NCBI GenBank assembly: GCA_963805085.1
Contig: CAWDTA010000002.1
Location: 1,408,001-1,472,000 of the forward strand
Direction: 5' to 3'
Length of the DNA: 64,000 bases
Origin: an uncultured Veillonellaceae bacterium
Lineage (GTDB): Bacteria; Bacillota; Negativicutes; JARBTT01
In this document: one piece after another, positions 1 to 9,608 of the stretch
Numbering within the stretch: position 1 is the first letter of the stretch
Layout of the letters: each line of letters opens with the position of its first letter
Position numbers and translations under genes: made by a program
Notes under the pieces: model-generated
Database searches by the model: none
Seen by the model: the letters and a program-made list of their open reading frames with translations, nothing else
Told to the model about the DNA's origin: nothing

Positions 1-1
1 A

Positions 2-2326
2 TTATTTTTTATAAACATTGCCTTTCGTGGTGAGTATGTTATTCTAAATGTTTTCCCTTCACTAAGCATTTATTGGCTTATTGTTTTTCAGTATACGGCG
101 AATTACTGGGCATCGGCGGCATTGGCACTGTTTATGCAGGAACTATACCCGGAAGAGTGCTCTGGCTGGGTGACGAAAATATTAGTCGTTAATTCTTCGT
201 TGCTTACACTGATCACATTGCTTACGCCTATTGCTTTTTTTACAAAATTCACACTGTATTTGCAAATGCAATTAATTATAGTTGCATTGTATTATACCTA
301 TGTCGCTTGGTTAGCCGTCATAAAAAAAAGAGCTGGTGCTGCATTACTATTCAGTACATTCATATTTTCCATTGGCGCTTTTATTCTGGAAAGTCTAAAT
401 CATTGGAACCTTTATAGCAATAAATATGCAGAATTGTTTCCCAGCGTCAGTCTGATCCTTGTTTTTGTCCAGGCCTTTATTTTAGCGCAACGATTTTCCG
501 CTTCCTTTTCCGAGGTCAACATTTTGTCCAAAAAGCTTCTTTCTTTAGATGAGCTAAAAGATGAGTTTATAGCGAATACTTCCCATGAACTCAGAACGCC
601 TCTTCATGGAATGATTACGATTACAGAATCGGTTTTGGAAAGTACTGCAGGAATTTTGCCCCAGAAGCAGAAAGAAAATTTGAATTTGGTGGTATCCAGT
701 GGTAAAAGGCTGGCCAATCTCGTCAACGATATACTAGATTATGAAAAACTAAAACATGGCGATATTCATCTGAATAAGCAAAGAATCGATATTGGAAAGA
801 TAATTCCGACAGTTTTGGAAGTAAGTAAATATTTGGCTTTTCCTAAGCCAATTGCTTTGGTTAGCAACCTTCCCGATTGTCTTCCTCCGATTGAAGCGGA
901 CGAAAATCGTGTTAACCAAATTATTTTTAATTTGCTCGGAAATGCCATAAAGTTTACCGAACAAGGGATTATCAAAATTTCCGTTGTTCAAAACAATGAT
1001 ATGTTGGAAATCAGTGTAACAGATACGGGGATTGGCATATCTCACGATAAAATTAACGATATTTTTAAATCCTTCGAGCAACTTGATGGGGCATTGGCAG
1101 GGCAATATGGCAGCATGGGTTTAGGGTTGAGCATTACAAAATATTTGGTGGATACTCATGGTGGGCGTATTTGGGCTACCTCCGAACCCGGCAAAGGTTC
1201 GACTTTCACGTTCAGCATGCCAATAAGTAGTACTACCGATCGTAAATCCTCAGAACAGAAATTACGGAGTTATACCAGCCTACCGCAGACTATATTTAAA
1301 AACCCAGCAGTTTTAAAACAAAACGGAGATTTCACCGTTTTACTTGTCGATAATGATTATGCTAATTTGCAGGCACTTATCAATATTTTAACGGTGGAAA
1401 ATTATTCGTCAATTGCCGTTGCAAGCGGCAATGAGGCTTTGGAAGTACTGAAAAAAAATAAAAACATTGATCTTGTGATTCTTGATATTATGCTACCAAA
1501 CATGTCAGGTTATGAAGTATGCCGAAAAATCCGAGAGAACTATTCACTTTTTGAGCTGCCCGTGTTAATGATGACGGCGAAAAATTCAGCCAACAGCATG
1601 TTACCTGGCTTTACAGCAGGCTGTAATGATTTCTTAAACAAACCTTTTAATCCCAGTGAATTAAAAGCTCGGATGAAAACGCTCTTACAATTAAAAAAAT
1701 CTGTTAGCCAAACGATACAAAACGAAATGGCTTTTTTGCAGGCACAAATAAAACCCCATTTTCTCTACAATGCACTCAATACGATTATGTCTTTCTGTTG
1801 GACGGATGCAGAAAAGGCCGGACAGCTCTTACTTGCTTTAAGCAGTTATTTACGAGGCAGCTTTAACTTTAATAATATGAACCAGTTTAGTACCTTGGAA
1901 CAAGAATTAGAATTTGTTGAGTCCTACGTAACGATTGAAAAAGCACGCTTTGAAGAAAAGTTGAACTTTCAGTATGATATAGCTATTCCTCTAGAGAATA
2001 TAATGATACCAAACCTTGTGATCCAGCCAATTGTAGAAAATGCAATAAAACATGGCATCTTGCCTAAAAGGGAGGGCGGAACAATCATTATTTCTATTAA
2101 GCAGGAAGAAACTTATATTCTGATAACAATAAAAGATGATGGTGTTGGCATCTCTCAAGAGAAATTGTCCCAGCTTTTAACGAGTTTACAAAATAAAGGC
2201 GTGGGGGTTATAAATGTAGATCGCAGACTAAAACGCATTTATGGTCATGGCATTCAAATTACCAGCGAAGTCGATGTTGGAACTACTGTAAGTATTAAAA
2301 TTCCTGATGTAAGAAAGGGAGTATAA
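2..2326 (+). CDS. Membrane hybrid sensor histidine kinase (HisKA-HATPase-REC-LytS-type His_kinase-HATPase), 5' partial
   Basis: ANTSHELRTPL H-box, NLLGNAIKFT, DTGIGI, REC LDIMLP, LQAQIKPHFLYNALN; frame is open from base 2, so the gene starts before the window. Confidence 0.9.
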   Translation, partial: LFFINIAFRGEYVILNVFPSLSIYWLIVFQYTANYWASAALALFMQELYPEECSGWVTKILVVNSSLLTLITLLTPIAFFTKFTLYLQMQLIIVALYYTYVAWLAVIKKRAGAALLFSTFIFSIGAFILESLNHWNLYSNKYAELFPSVSLILVFVQAFILAQRFSASFSEVNILSKKLLSLDELKDEFIANTSHELRTPLHGMITITESVLESTAGILPQKQKENLNLVVSSGKRLANLVNDILDYEKLKHGDIHLNKQRIDIGKIIPTVLEVSKYLAFPKPIALVSNLPDCLPPIEADENRVNQIIFNLLGNAIKFTEQGIIKISVVQNNDMLEISVTDTGIGISHDKINDIFKSFEQLDGALAGQYGSMGLGLSITKYLVDTHGGRIWATSEPGKGSTFTFSMPISSTTDRKSSEQKLRSYTSLPQTIFKNPAVLKQNGDFTVLLVDNDYANLQALINILTVENYSSIAVASGNEALEVLKKNKNIDLVILDIMLPNMSGYEVCRKIRENYSLFELPVLMMTAKNSANSMLPGFTAGCNDFLNKPFNPSELKARMKTLLQLKKSVSQTIQNEMAFLQAQIKPHFLYNALNTIMSFCWTDAEKAGQLLLALSSYLRGSFNFNNMNQFSTLEQELEFVESYVTIEKARFEEKLNFQYDIAIPLENIMIPNLVIQPIVENAIKHGILPKREGGTIIISIKQEETYILITIKDDGVGISQEKLSQLLTSLQNKGVGVINVDRRLKRIYGHGIQITSEVDVGTTVSIKIPDVRKGV

Positions 2327-2327
2327 C

Positions 2328-3527
2328 ATGCTACGAACTGTATTAATTGATGATGAGAAACCCGCATTAAAGGCCTTAGAACGCTTACTTTCACAATATC
2401 CTGATATTGAAATTATCGGAATGTTTACCGATGTTAATCAGGCTTTAGAGCTAATTGAGAATAATAATGTACATCTGCTGTTTTTAGATATTGACATGCC
2501 TAAGCTAAATGGAATTGAGGCAGCAAAAATAATATATAGCAACAAAGATAATATTGATATTATTTTTGTTACGGCTTATAGTGAGTTTGCCGTAGAAGCT
2601 TTCGAATTAAACGCAATTGATTATATTATGAAGCCTGTATCTCCTAAAAGACTAAATAAGACGATGGAGCGAATTATTCAAAGCCATCTTAATTTGGACG
2701 AGATCTCAGTACAGCAAAATAAGAATGAACTATTAAATAATTTAATCGCAAAGAAAATTACGAATTCGGATGATATTTTGCAACAAGCAAAGTTAATGAA
2801 TATTAATTTTATGCAATCGTTTTCATTTCTTTTTTTGCTGATTTCGGATATGGATACCAAGATAAAGAAGGAAACGTTGGATGGGAAGAGCGCGGCAGTA
2901 AATACACTCATTGAGGAACTTTCGGAAAGAACTGACCTAGTTGTATGGCAAACACACCAAGGAATCGGCATACTCGACTTTACTATTACTGCTTCCGATG
3001 AGTACAAAAGCGAAGAATTGAGAGCGGCAGCCAACTTAAAGGCTATTGCAGAAAGGTATTTTTCTGATAAAACAGTTGCTATCGGCATAGCGAAACATTA
3101 TACGAAATTAGAAAGTTTTGCCGATAGATATGTACAAGCTCGTAACGCTGCGATAATCGGCATTCGTGTTTCGCCAGACTTAGGAATTTATCATATTGTA
3201 GACAGTGGCTTCCTCCCAGTTTTGAATCAATATGTCGATAAAGAAAGTGCGGATAACCTAATTGAAAGTACGATTGGAAAACTCATTGAGCACGACCGAG
3301 TGACTGGTGCAGATTTATTTCATACTATGGAGATGATTATTTTAAATCATAGTTTCCAAGAGGTCGCAAATATCCTGTTTATCCATTACAAAACGGTTCT
3401 TTTCCGTAAACAAGCGATTGAAAAGATACTGGGGATTTCAATGAATTCTTTTGCCGGACGTACAATGTTAGGCATGGCGCTGACTCTTTTTTACTTGCGG
3501 AGTATTCCTGATGTACATTGTGAATAA
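2328..3527 (+). CDS. Response regulator, REC domain fused to CdaR/PucR-like C-terminal HTH
   Basis: LIDDE...LDIDMP...FVTAY...KP; C-terminal LFIHYKTVLFR..IEKILG. Confidence 0.85.
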   Translation: MLRTVLIDDEKPALKALERLLSQYPDIEIIGMFTDVNQALELIENNNVHLLFLDIDMPKLNGIEAAKIIYSNKDNIDIIFVTAYSEFAVEAFELNAIDYIMKPVSPKRLNKTMERIIQSHLNLDEISVQQNKNELLNNLIAKKITNSDDILQQAKLMNINFMQSFSFLFLLISDMDTKIKKETLDGKSAAVNTLIEELSERTDLVVWQTHQGIGILDFTITASDEYKSEELRAAANLKAIAERYFSDKTVAIGIAKHYTKLESFADRYVQARNAAIIGIRVSPDLGIYHIVDSGFLPVLNQYVDKESADNLIESTIGKLIEHDRVTGADLFHTMEMIILNHSFQEVANILFIHYKTVLFRKQAIEKILGISMNSFAGRTMLGMALTLFYLRSIPDVHCE

Positions 3528-3618
3528 CAGCTTTCTTTCTCATCAATGCTGTTTTTGGTTTTATCTTTATGAATTGTTGACAAAAGTTGATAAAGAATGG
3601 CTTAGTGCCGATGATGAT

Positions 3619-3720
3619 AAATAGAATCTAAACAGAATAAAGAACCCTCCTGCTCAAATTTGCATGAATTTAGCAGGAGATTTGAGCTTATATGAGAATA
3701 TATAGTTTTAATATAAAAAA
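3619..3720 (+). repeat. Array element, diverged
   Basis: Core CTCCTGCT...AGCAGGAG 3647-3679. Confidence 0.85.
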
Positions 3721-3954
3721 GGTGCCTATCTAAAATTTAAGATAAGCACCTTTTTCGATAAATTTATATTAAAAGTTAAATTTAATTAAATTTAAAATCC
3801 AACTTAATTGTTATCATCGGAGTTTAATCATCAAGTGAATTTTTTATGAAATATTCTAACCTTCCTCAGAAATAATTCATATGTATTTTATATTTTAAAC
3901 TTTACCAAATGATTTTTTGAAATTCTTTTGAAGTCTGAAAGAAGGAATTATTTT

Positions 3955-4773
3955 ATGGAATTAATCGAAATTCCCCAGAATTCGATAAAACGGTTTTTTT
4001 GCGCTAGTGGATCTAAATTACTGGAGCGTGTATTGGTAATTGCTTTGAGTACATTGTCTCTTTATTTATCTACAGAGTATTGGTGCTTTACTTGGGTTGC
4101 ATTATTGTTGCTTTGTATATATTCGTTGAGAAATTCAGTGAGTATGGCATTTGTGGTGGGGTTTACTTCATACTTACTTGGATCAATAAATCCTCATACT
4201 GTACTTCCTATCGTGATTTATTGGCCGTTAATTACGGTCAATGCAATTGCATTTGCGGGTGTACTTGTCGTCTTTCATCTTATTGCAGACAAATGGAGAG
4301 GGAGGAATACAAGTATTATTTTTGCAAGTGGTTTAACAGCACAAGAATTTGTTTTTGCTCTGTATTCTCCGCATGGAACAGTAAGCAGTATTGCCTACAC
4401 GCAAGCAGCGAATTTACCGATTATCCAGATCGCGTCTATAACTGGTATTGAAGCTGTAAATATTGTTTTCGTTCCTGCACTAGATTTTCATGATGATGCT
4501 TGGAGTCATACACGTATTGCTGTGATGCGAGGTGTTGAAGGTGATTTTGCAGTCGCCCGAGCTGGACAGTGGGGATTGTTAACTTTAAGCGATAGTAGAG
4601 GGCGTATTGTAGAGAAGGTATTCTGTGATAATACGCAAGATGATGCAATGCTTATAGGAGAAGTCTTGCTAGGACAGGGCAGGTCAATCTATAGTAAAAT
4701 AGGTAATAGTTTTGCCTGGATATGCTTAGGAACTTTTGTTATCCTAAGCGCTCTGGCCTTTATAAAGCCTTAA
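3955..4773 (+). pseudogene. Apolipoprotein N-acyltransferase/nitrilase-like membrane protein with internal deletion
   Basis: Lnt-like N-terminus (AYTQ..LPIIQIASITGI) joined directly to the C-terminal CN-hydrolase end (VPALDF...MRGVEG); central catalytic region appears missing. Confidence 0.65.
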
Positions 4774-4834
4774 CAGACTGGGTTTGCCACATGAGGTTAG
4801 TATACAGATCGCATTATTTTAATAAAACTATTAT

Positions 4835-4888
4835 AAAAAGAAAACTCCTGCTAAAATTTTATGTAAATTTGGCAGGAGTTTTGAGCTT
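4835..4888 (+). repeat. Array element, core only
   Basis: AAACTCCTGC...GCAGGAGTTTTGAGC. Confidence 0.85.
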
Positions 4889-4929
4889 CAGGCTCTTTAG
4901 TGAATTCAATTTTCCTCGCCTATATCGCC

Positions 4930-5106
4930 CTAAAGAGGCTTATCGTTATAATCGCGGGGGATGTCAATTGATCCGGAAGCTTTCAATTCTTGGAGTAATG
5001 TGTGCTGTTTACAATCGGGTAGTTTTGGATCTAATAGGTTGTTTTTTGATGGTGATGCTTTAGCCCTAAATCCTGTAGCACTCTGTTTGATATATTTTTT
5101 AGTCAT
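4930..5106 (-). CDS. Small hypothetical protein, 58 aa (MTKKYIKQSATGFRAKASP...)
   Basis: Strong RBS AAAGGAGGTG before ATG at 5106; open to TAG at 4930 (manual translation). Confidence 0.5.
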   Translation of the reverse strand: MTKKYIKQSATGFRAKASPSKNNLLDPKLPDCKQHTLLQELKASGSIDIPRDYNDKPL

Positions 5107-5205
5107 ATAGCACCTCCTTTTTTAGTACTTACATGTAGTATGTCCCAAAGACAGATCAAAATTATTCAAAAATTTAGTCATTAAATTACTGACAGCATTA
5201 TACAT

Positions 5206-5253
5206 TGCTAGATTTTGTATGAATTTGGCAGGAGTTTTGAGTTTATATGAGAC
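5206..5253 (+). repeat. Array element, right arm only
   Basis: TGTATGAATTTGGCAGGAGTTTTGAG. Confidence 0.8.
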
Positions 5254-5396
5254 CTAGCTTATTGATGGTGTAATTAAATATCATCGTATAACCTCAAGTA
5301 TTATTAATACTTGATTGATGCAGATTTTAAGATTGTAAAGTCTTCACCTATAAAAAAATAAACCTTAGTATTTTGCTAAGATTTATTTTTGTATTT

Positions 5397-5621
5397 TCAT
5401 TCTTTGTTATTATTTTTAAACGCAAAACTTAAATCACCATTTTCATTTAGAACAAACATTTCTAACTCTAAAAGTTTCATCAGTGGCAAAACCTGCGTAC
5501 TCAATTCATATATTAACAATTCATAAGCAACTACATAGTGATCTTCACTTAATTTTTGATATTCTTTTAGCTCTGCTTCACGTTGTTTTTTATATTGACT
5601 AAAATCTATTAAATTACCCAT
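5397..5621 (-). CDS. Hypothetical protein, 74 aa
   Basis: RBS GGGGGAGG before ATG; N-terminus MGNLIDFSQYKK. Confidence 0.55.
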   Translation of the reverse strand: MGNLIDFSQYKKQREAELKEYQKLSEDHYVVAYELLIYELSTQVLPLMKLLELEMFVLNENGDLSFAFKNNNKE

Positions 5622-5843
5622 TATCCTCCCCCCTATATAATATAATTAAAATTACTATTATTGTTACTAAATATATAACAAAATTAATGTTGCAAATTCA
5701 AATAATTGGACGATAGGGCGGAGGAGAGGTATTTAACAAATCATTTATAAAACTAGTGAAAATATGCTAAATATAATATAAACACTAAAAAGAAGCGTCA
5801 GCAATTGTCAGCCTTCTAAAGAAAATCAACAAGATTCTATTCA

Positions 5844-7082
5844 ATGCATCAATGTAGTTTTTTCATAAATACTCATATCTACACATATGATAGAAAAAGA
5901 CAGAATCATTTTACATTCATGAGGCATCATAAAATGTATAATCAAGCAAACATAGATCAAGGAAAATCTGCTATGGTAAATTCATTTGCCGCATCATATG
6001 AAGAGTGGGAAAGCAAAGCGGAACAAATTTTACCAGCCGGACCATTTGGTTACATCGCCGGTGGTGCAGGTTCTGAAGAAACAATGCGTACAAATAGAAA
6101 AGCATTTATTTATTGGCGAATTAAGACACATCTGCCCAGGGATGTATCTAAAAGAGATTTAACAGTGAATTTATTAGGCCATAATTTCCCCACCCCTTTT
6201 TTTCTTGCACCCATCGGCCTGCAAGGACTCGCTAATTCTACTGGAGAGTTAGGTGCTGCAAGAGCAGCAGCTAGATTAAAGATTCCTTTTATCTTGAGTA
6301 CGGTTTCATCATATTCGATGGAAAATGTAGCAGCTGTAATGAAAAATTCTCCTCACTGGTTTCAGCTATATTGGCCAACTGATCTCGATCTTATGATAAG
6401 CTTCGTTCGTCGAGCCGAAAAGGCTGGTTACTCGGCAATAGTCGTAACAATTGATTACCCTGCTCACTCATGGAAAGAAAGAAATATACGCAATGATTAT
6501 AATCCCTTTAACATTGGTGAAGGAATGGCGAATTACACTTCTGATCCTGTTTTTCGGAGTATGCTGAAACATCCCCCCGAACAGGATAGAAAGTCTGCAA
6601 TCTCTCTGTTTAACCGATTATTTCCTAATCCGCATTTAACCTGGGATGATATATCTTTCTTACGTAAACACACAAAGCTTCCAATCATGGTGAAAGGAAT
6701 TCTTAATCCTAAGGATGCTGAATTGGCTCTACAACATGGTGTAGATGGAATAATCGTATCAAATCACGGTGGTCGGCAAGTCGATGGAGAGATTGCTGCG
6801 CTTGAAGCCTTACCAATGATATATGATGTTGTCAAAGGGCGGATTCCTGTACTTATGGACAGCGGAATTCGTCGTGGTTCGGATGTCATCAAGGCACTTG
6901 CCCTTGGTGCAGATGTGGTACTCTTAGGTCGTCCCTATATCTATGGATTGGCTGTAGCAGGCGAAAAAGGCGTTATGCAAGTGCTGAAAAATCTTATCTC
7001 TGAGATTGATATAACAATGGCGAATATAGGACGCACGTCTATTGCTGAAATTGATTTTTCTTTGCTAGAATGGATACGCTAA
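5844..7082 (+). CDS. FMN-dependent alpha-hydroxy acid oxidase / lactate 2-monooxygenase family (true start probably downstream)
   Basis: YIAGGAG, WFQLYW, KG(I)L, SNHGGRQ, DSGIRRGSD, GRPY motifs. Confidence 0.9.
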   Translation: MHQCSFFINTHIYTYDRKRQNHFTFMRHHKMYNQANIDQGKSAMVNSFAASYEEWESKAEQILPAGPFGYIAGGAGSEETMRTNRKAFIYWRIKTHLPRDVSKRDLTVNLLGHNFPTPFFLAPIGLQGLANSTGELGAARAAARLKIPFILSTVSSYSMENVAAVMKNSPHWFQLYWPTDLDLMISFVRRAEKAGYSAIVVTIDYPAHSWKERNIRNDYNPFNIGEGMANYTSDPVFRSMLKHPPEQDRKSAISLFNRLFPNPHLTWDDISFLRKHTKLPIMVKGILNPKDAELALQHGVDGIIVSNHGGRQVDGEIAALEALPMIYDVVKGRIPVLMDSGIRRGSDVIKALALGADVVLLGRPYIYGLAVAGEKGVMQVLKNLISEIDITMANIGRTSIAEIDFSLLEWIR

Positions 7083-7166
7083 CATAGTGGTATTTGAAAA
7101 TTTGGATGCGTCCTTTGGTCAGTTAAAACTTAGATAGACTATTTATAGAACTGGTGAAAATATACT

Positions 7167-7294
7167 AAATAGGATCTAAACATTAAGAAGGAAACTCCTG
7201 TTGAATTCTGTATAATTCAACAGGAGTTTTGAGCTTTTATGGGAATAGGTAAAGTTAATGACAAGATGACGGAAAGGGAACGTTACCCCCGTCT
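7167..7294 (+). repeat. Array element, covarying hairpin
   Basis: CTCCTGTTGAATT...AATTCAACAGGAG; tail GACGGAAAGGGAACGT. Confidence 0.9.
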
Positions 7295-7370
7295 CTGGAT
7301 TTATAGGCAATGACGATTGTGTTTGTTAAAGAGAAATTAGATATAAGATGAGAAAATAAATAAAGTAGGA

Positions 7371-8057
7371 TTAACTATCGCAAATAGACTCGGTGGTCGT
7401 AGCAAAAAAAAGAAAATAACTGATAATGCCTTTACAGATGCTATCGGCTAGAAGATTTTGATATGTGTCGTCTATAAGCCGTGATGCCTCACTGCGATTG
7501 GATAAAAATCCCATTTCAATTAAAGCAGATGGAATTTTATTGTGCAGGAGTACGTAAAAATTGGCTGAATGAACTCCATTATCTTTGGCTTCCGTTTGAA
7601 TTACAATAGCAGTTTGGATAGCGCGGGCAAGATTAGAGGAGCCTCCTGTTGGGTAATAGCCAGCGGCTCCTGTCATGTGGATATCTGAATTGGAGTCTGA
7701 ATGTAGACTTACAAAGATATCGGCGCCAGATTTTTTCACGACATCCACCCTCGCTTGGAGATCGGCGGTAAGAGATGAACCCAAAGGAGCTAGATTAATG
7801 TCTCCTGTTCGAGTCATAATAACCTGAGCTCCAAGCATAATTAGTTTTTCGCGTAATTTATGAGCTACTGCGAGGTTAACGTCAGCTTCCCGAATGTTAT
7901 AGTGCACGGCTCCGGGATAAATGCCTCCATGCCCAGGATCAAGGACGATGGTTGTAGGCCATAAAGGTTTAAACTCCCCGCCATAAATACAGCAATTATA
8001 ACAGTGAAAATAATTACCGAAGTCATCATTTTGTTGAGAACAGGTATCAAAGTGCAT
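7371..8057 (-). CDS. N-acetylmuramoyl-L-alanine amidase (Amidase_3)
   Basis: IVLDPGHGG, E..VNL, VIMTR, FVSLH, LIEMGFLSN. Confidence 0.88.
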   Translation of the reverse strand: MHFDTCSQQNDDFGNYFHCYNCCIYGGEFKPLWPTTIVLDPGHGGIYPGAVHYNIREADVNLAVAHKLREKLIMLGAQVIMTRTGDINLAPLGSSLTADLQARVDVVKKSGADIFVSLHSDSNSDIHMTGAAGYYPTGGSSNLARAIQTAIVIQTEAKDNGVHSANFYVLLHNKIPSALIEMGFLSNRSEASRLIDDTYQNLLADSICKGIISYFLFFATTTESICDS

Positions 8058-8208
8058 AGGATTATTCCTCCAGTATGTGATTTGCTATTTACTATATATT
8101 ATGTAAAATGCTAAATTAGTTTCCGTAATATAGAATTTATGTAATACGTAAAAAATGTGAGCTGACAACTCGATGGTAGAATTTGTATAATGATTTCCAT
8201 CTTCTTAA

Positions 8209-8302
8209 GACGGGTGGAGCGTTCCTCTTTATGAGAATAGGTAAGCTTAATATCAAAAAGTTGATGGCAAGGTTCCAGAAAAGAAACATTCCCGCCTGTC
8301 TC
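8209..8302 (+). repeat. Array element, internally deleted (left end fused to right half)
   Basis: GACGGGTGGAGCGTTCC then ATGAGAATA...GATGGCAAGG...CCCGCCTGTC. Confidence 0.8.
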
Positions 8303-8429
8303 TTACGAGATATACTATATAATTAGGGTTGCTGTCTCCCTTTGCATCGAACGAGAACATATTGCACTTAATTCGCATAATATATATTGATTAGTTCCGT
8401 GTCTATCTTTATAAATGGAGGAATTGACA

Positions 8430-9383
8430 ATGTCGTATTTTAAAAGTCATATTGGCGTCATTGCAGATTTTTCAGCCAGAAGAGTCAGTATTTTTGACAC
8501 CGACACTTTGACCCTCCTGCAGCACATCCCGTTAGAAGCTGATGTTATAGATGTAGCGCTGACGAGTGATTGCCGATGGGCGGTTGTAACTTCTTTCAAT
8601 AGCAAAACTATATTTCAAGTCGACTTGAGCGAGATTCCGGCCAAAGTGGTTGGCAGTGCAACTACCACTACTTTCCTTGAAGATGTTCAGATCACCCCAG
8701 ATGACATGTTTGCGTTGAGCGTGGATGGTTCTGCTGCAAATCAAAACATCGTGTCCTATTCCCTGGAAAAAAATTCTTTTGTCTCCATACTGGCAACTAG
8801 TGCTCAAGCTGTTGCCATATCTCCTATGTGTGACGGACTGGTATTAACTGCTGTATCGAGTGCTAATAGCGTGCGGCGTTTTATGATTAACTGTTGCGGT
8901 GAACTCCAGGACACTGGACAGCAATTCCCGGCTGGGTCGAACCCTATTAACGTTAACTTTAGCCCCGATGGAAATTTTGCATTTGTAGTCGATTTCGCTG
9001 GCACTGTCAGTGTGCTGAGTACCGTTAATCCGGACGATATCAGCTTGATCAGTACCATACCGGCATCCAGCCAGCCGCAAAGCATGGCTATTTCCAGAGA
9101 TGGCAGACATTTATTCGTGCTGGGATCGAGCAATGTTGACATTTTTACCTTCGACCCAGTTTCCGGAAGCTTGGCCTTGGCGCGTTCCTTTGCCCACGGC
9201 CTTCAGATCGCATCCTTTTTTGGTGTTGACCAAATAGCCCTTGACCCTAGTGAAACTAGGCTATTTATTTCCGCCACGGGGCAAGTGACTGTATTTACTA
9301 CTTTTGGCACCTTTTTAGGAACAGTAGCCGATGTCTCCGGCCCCGGCGGTTTGGCCATTTGTTCGCATAAGTGCCTTAATTAA
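8430..9383 (+). CDS. YncE-like beta-propeller protein
   Basis: Repeated xSPDG/xTPDD/SRDG blade motifs; RBS GGAGG before ATG 8430. Confidence 0.7.
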   Translation: MSYFKSHIGVIADFSARRVSIFDTDTLTLLQHIPLEADVIDVALTSDCRWAVVTSFNSKTIFQVDLSEIPAKVVGSATTTTFLEDVQITPDDMFALSVDGSAANQNIVSYSLEKNSFVSILATSAQAVAISPMCDGLVLTAVSSANSVRRFMINCCGELQDTGQQFPAGSNPINVNFSPDGNFAFVVDFAGTVSVLSTVNPDDISLISTIPASSQPQSMAISRDGRHLFVLGSSNVDIFTFDPVSGSLALARSFAHGLQIASFFGVDQIALDPSETRLFISATGQVTVFTTFGTFLGTVADVSGPGGLAICSHKCLN

Positions 9384-9478
9384 TGGAAGAGGACGTTCGG
9401 GACTTGCTCCCCTTGTCCCTTTAAAAGTCAATGTTTTAAACTAGCCGTGATTGTTCACGGCTTTTCATATTTTTTGTT

Positions 9479-9540
9479 AGAGAATATATAATTTTAAAAT
9501 TAAAAAGTCGGTGGTAAGGTGACAGAAAATGAGCGTCCAC
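9479..9540 (+). repeat. Array element, right half
   Basis: AGAATAT...AAGGTGACAGAAAATGAGCGTCC. Confidence 0.7.
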
Positions 9541-9608
9541 GCTTGACCAATTCACTTACTTTATTATAGGTCAAAATCTCGTATCTTATAAGGCATATAG
9601 CCATGTAA

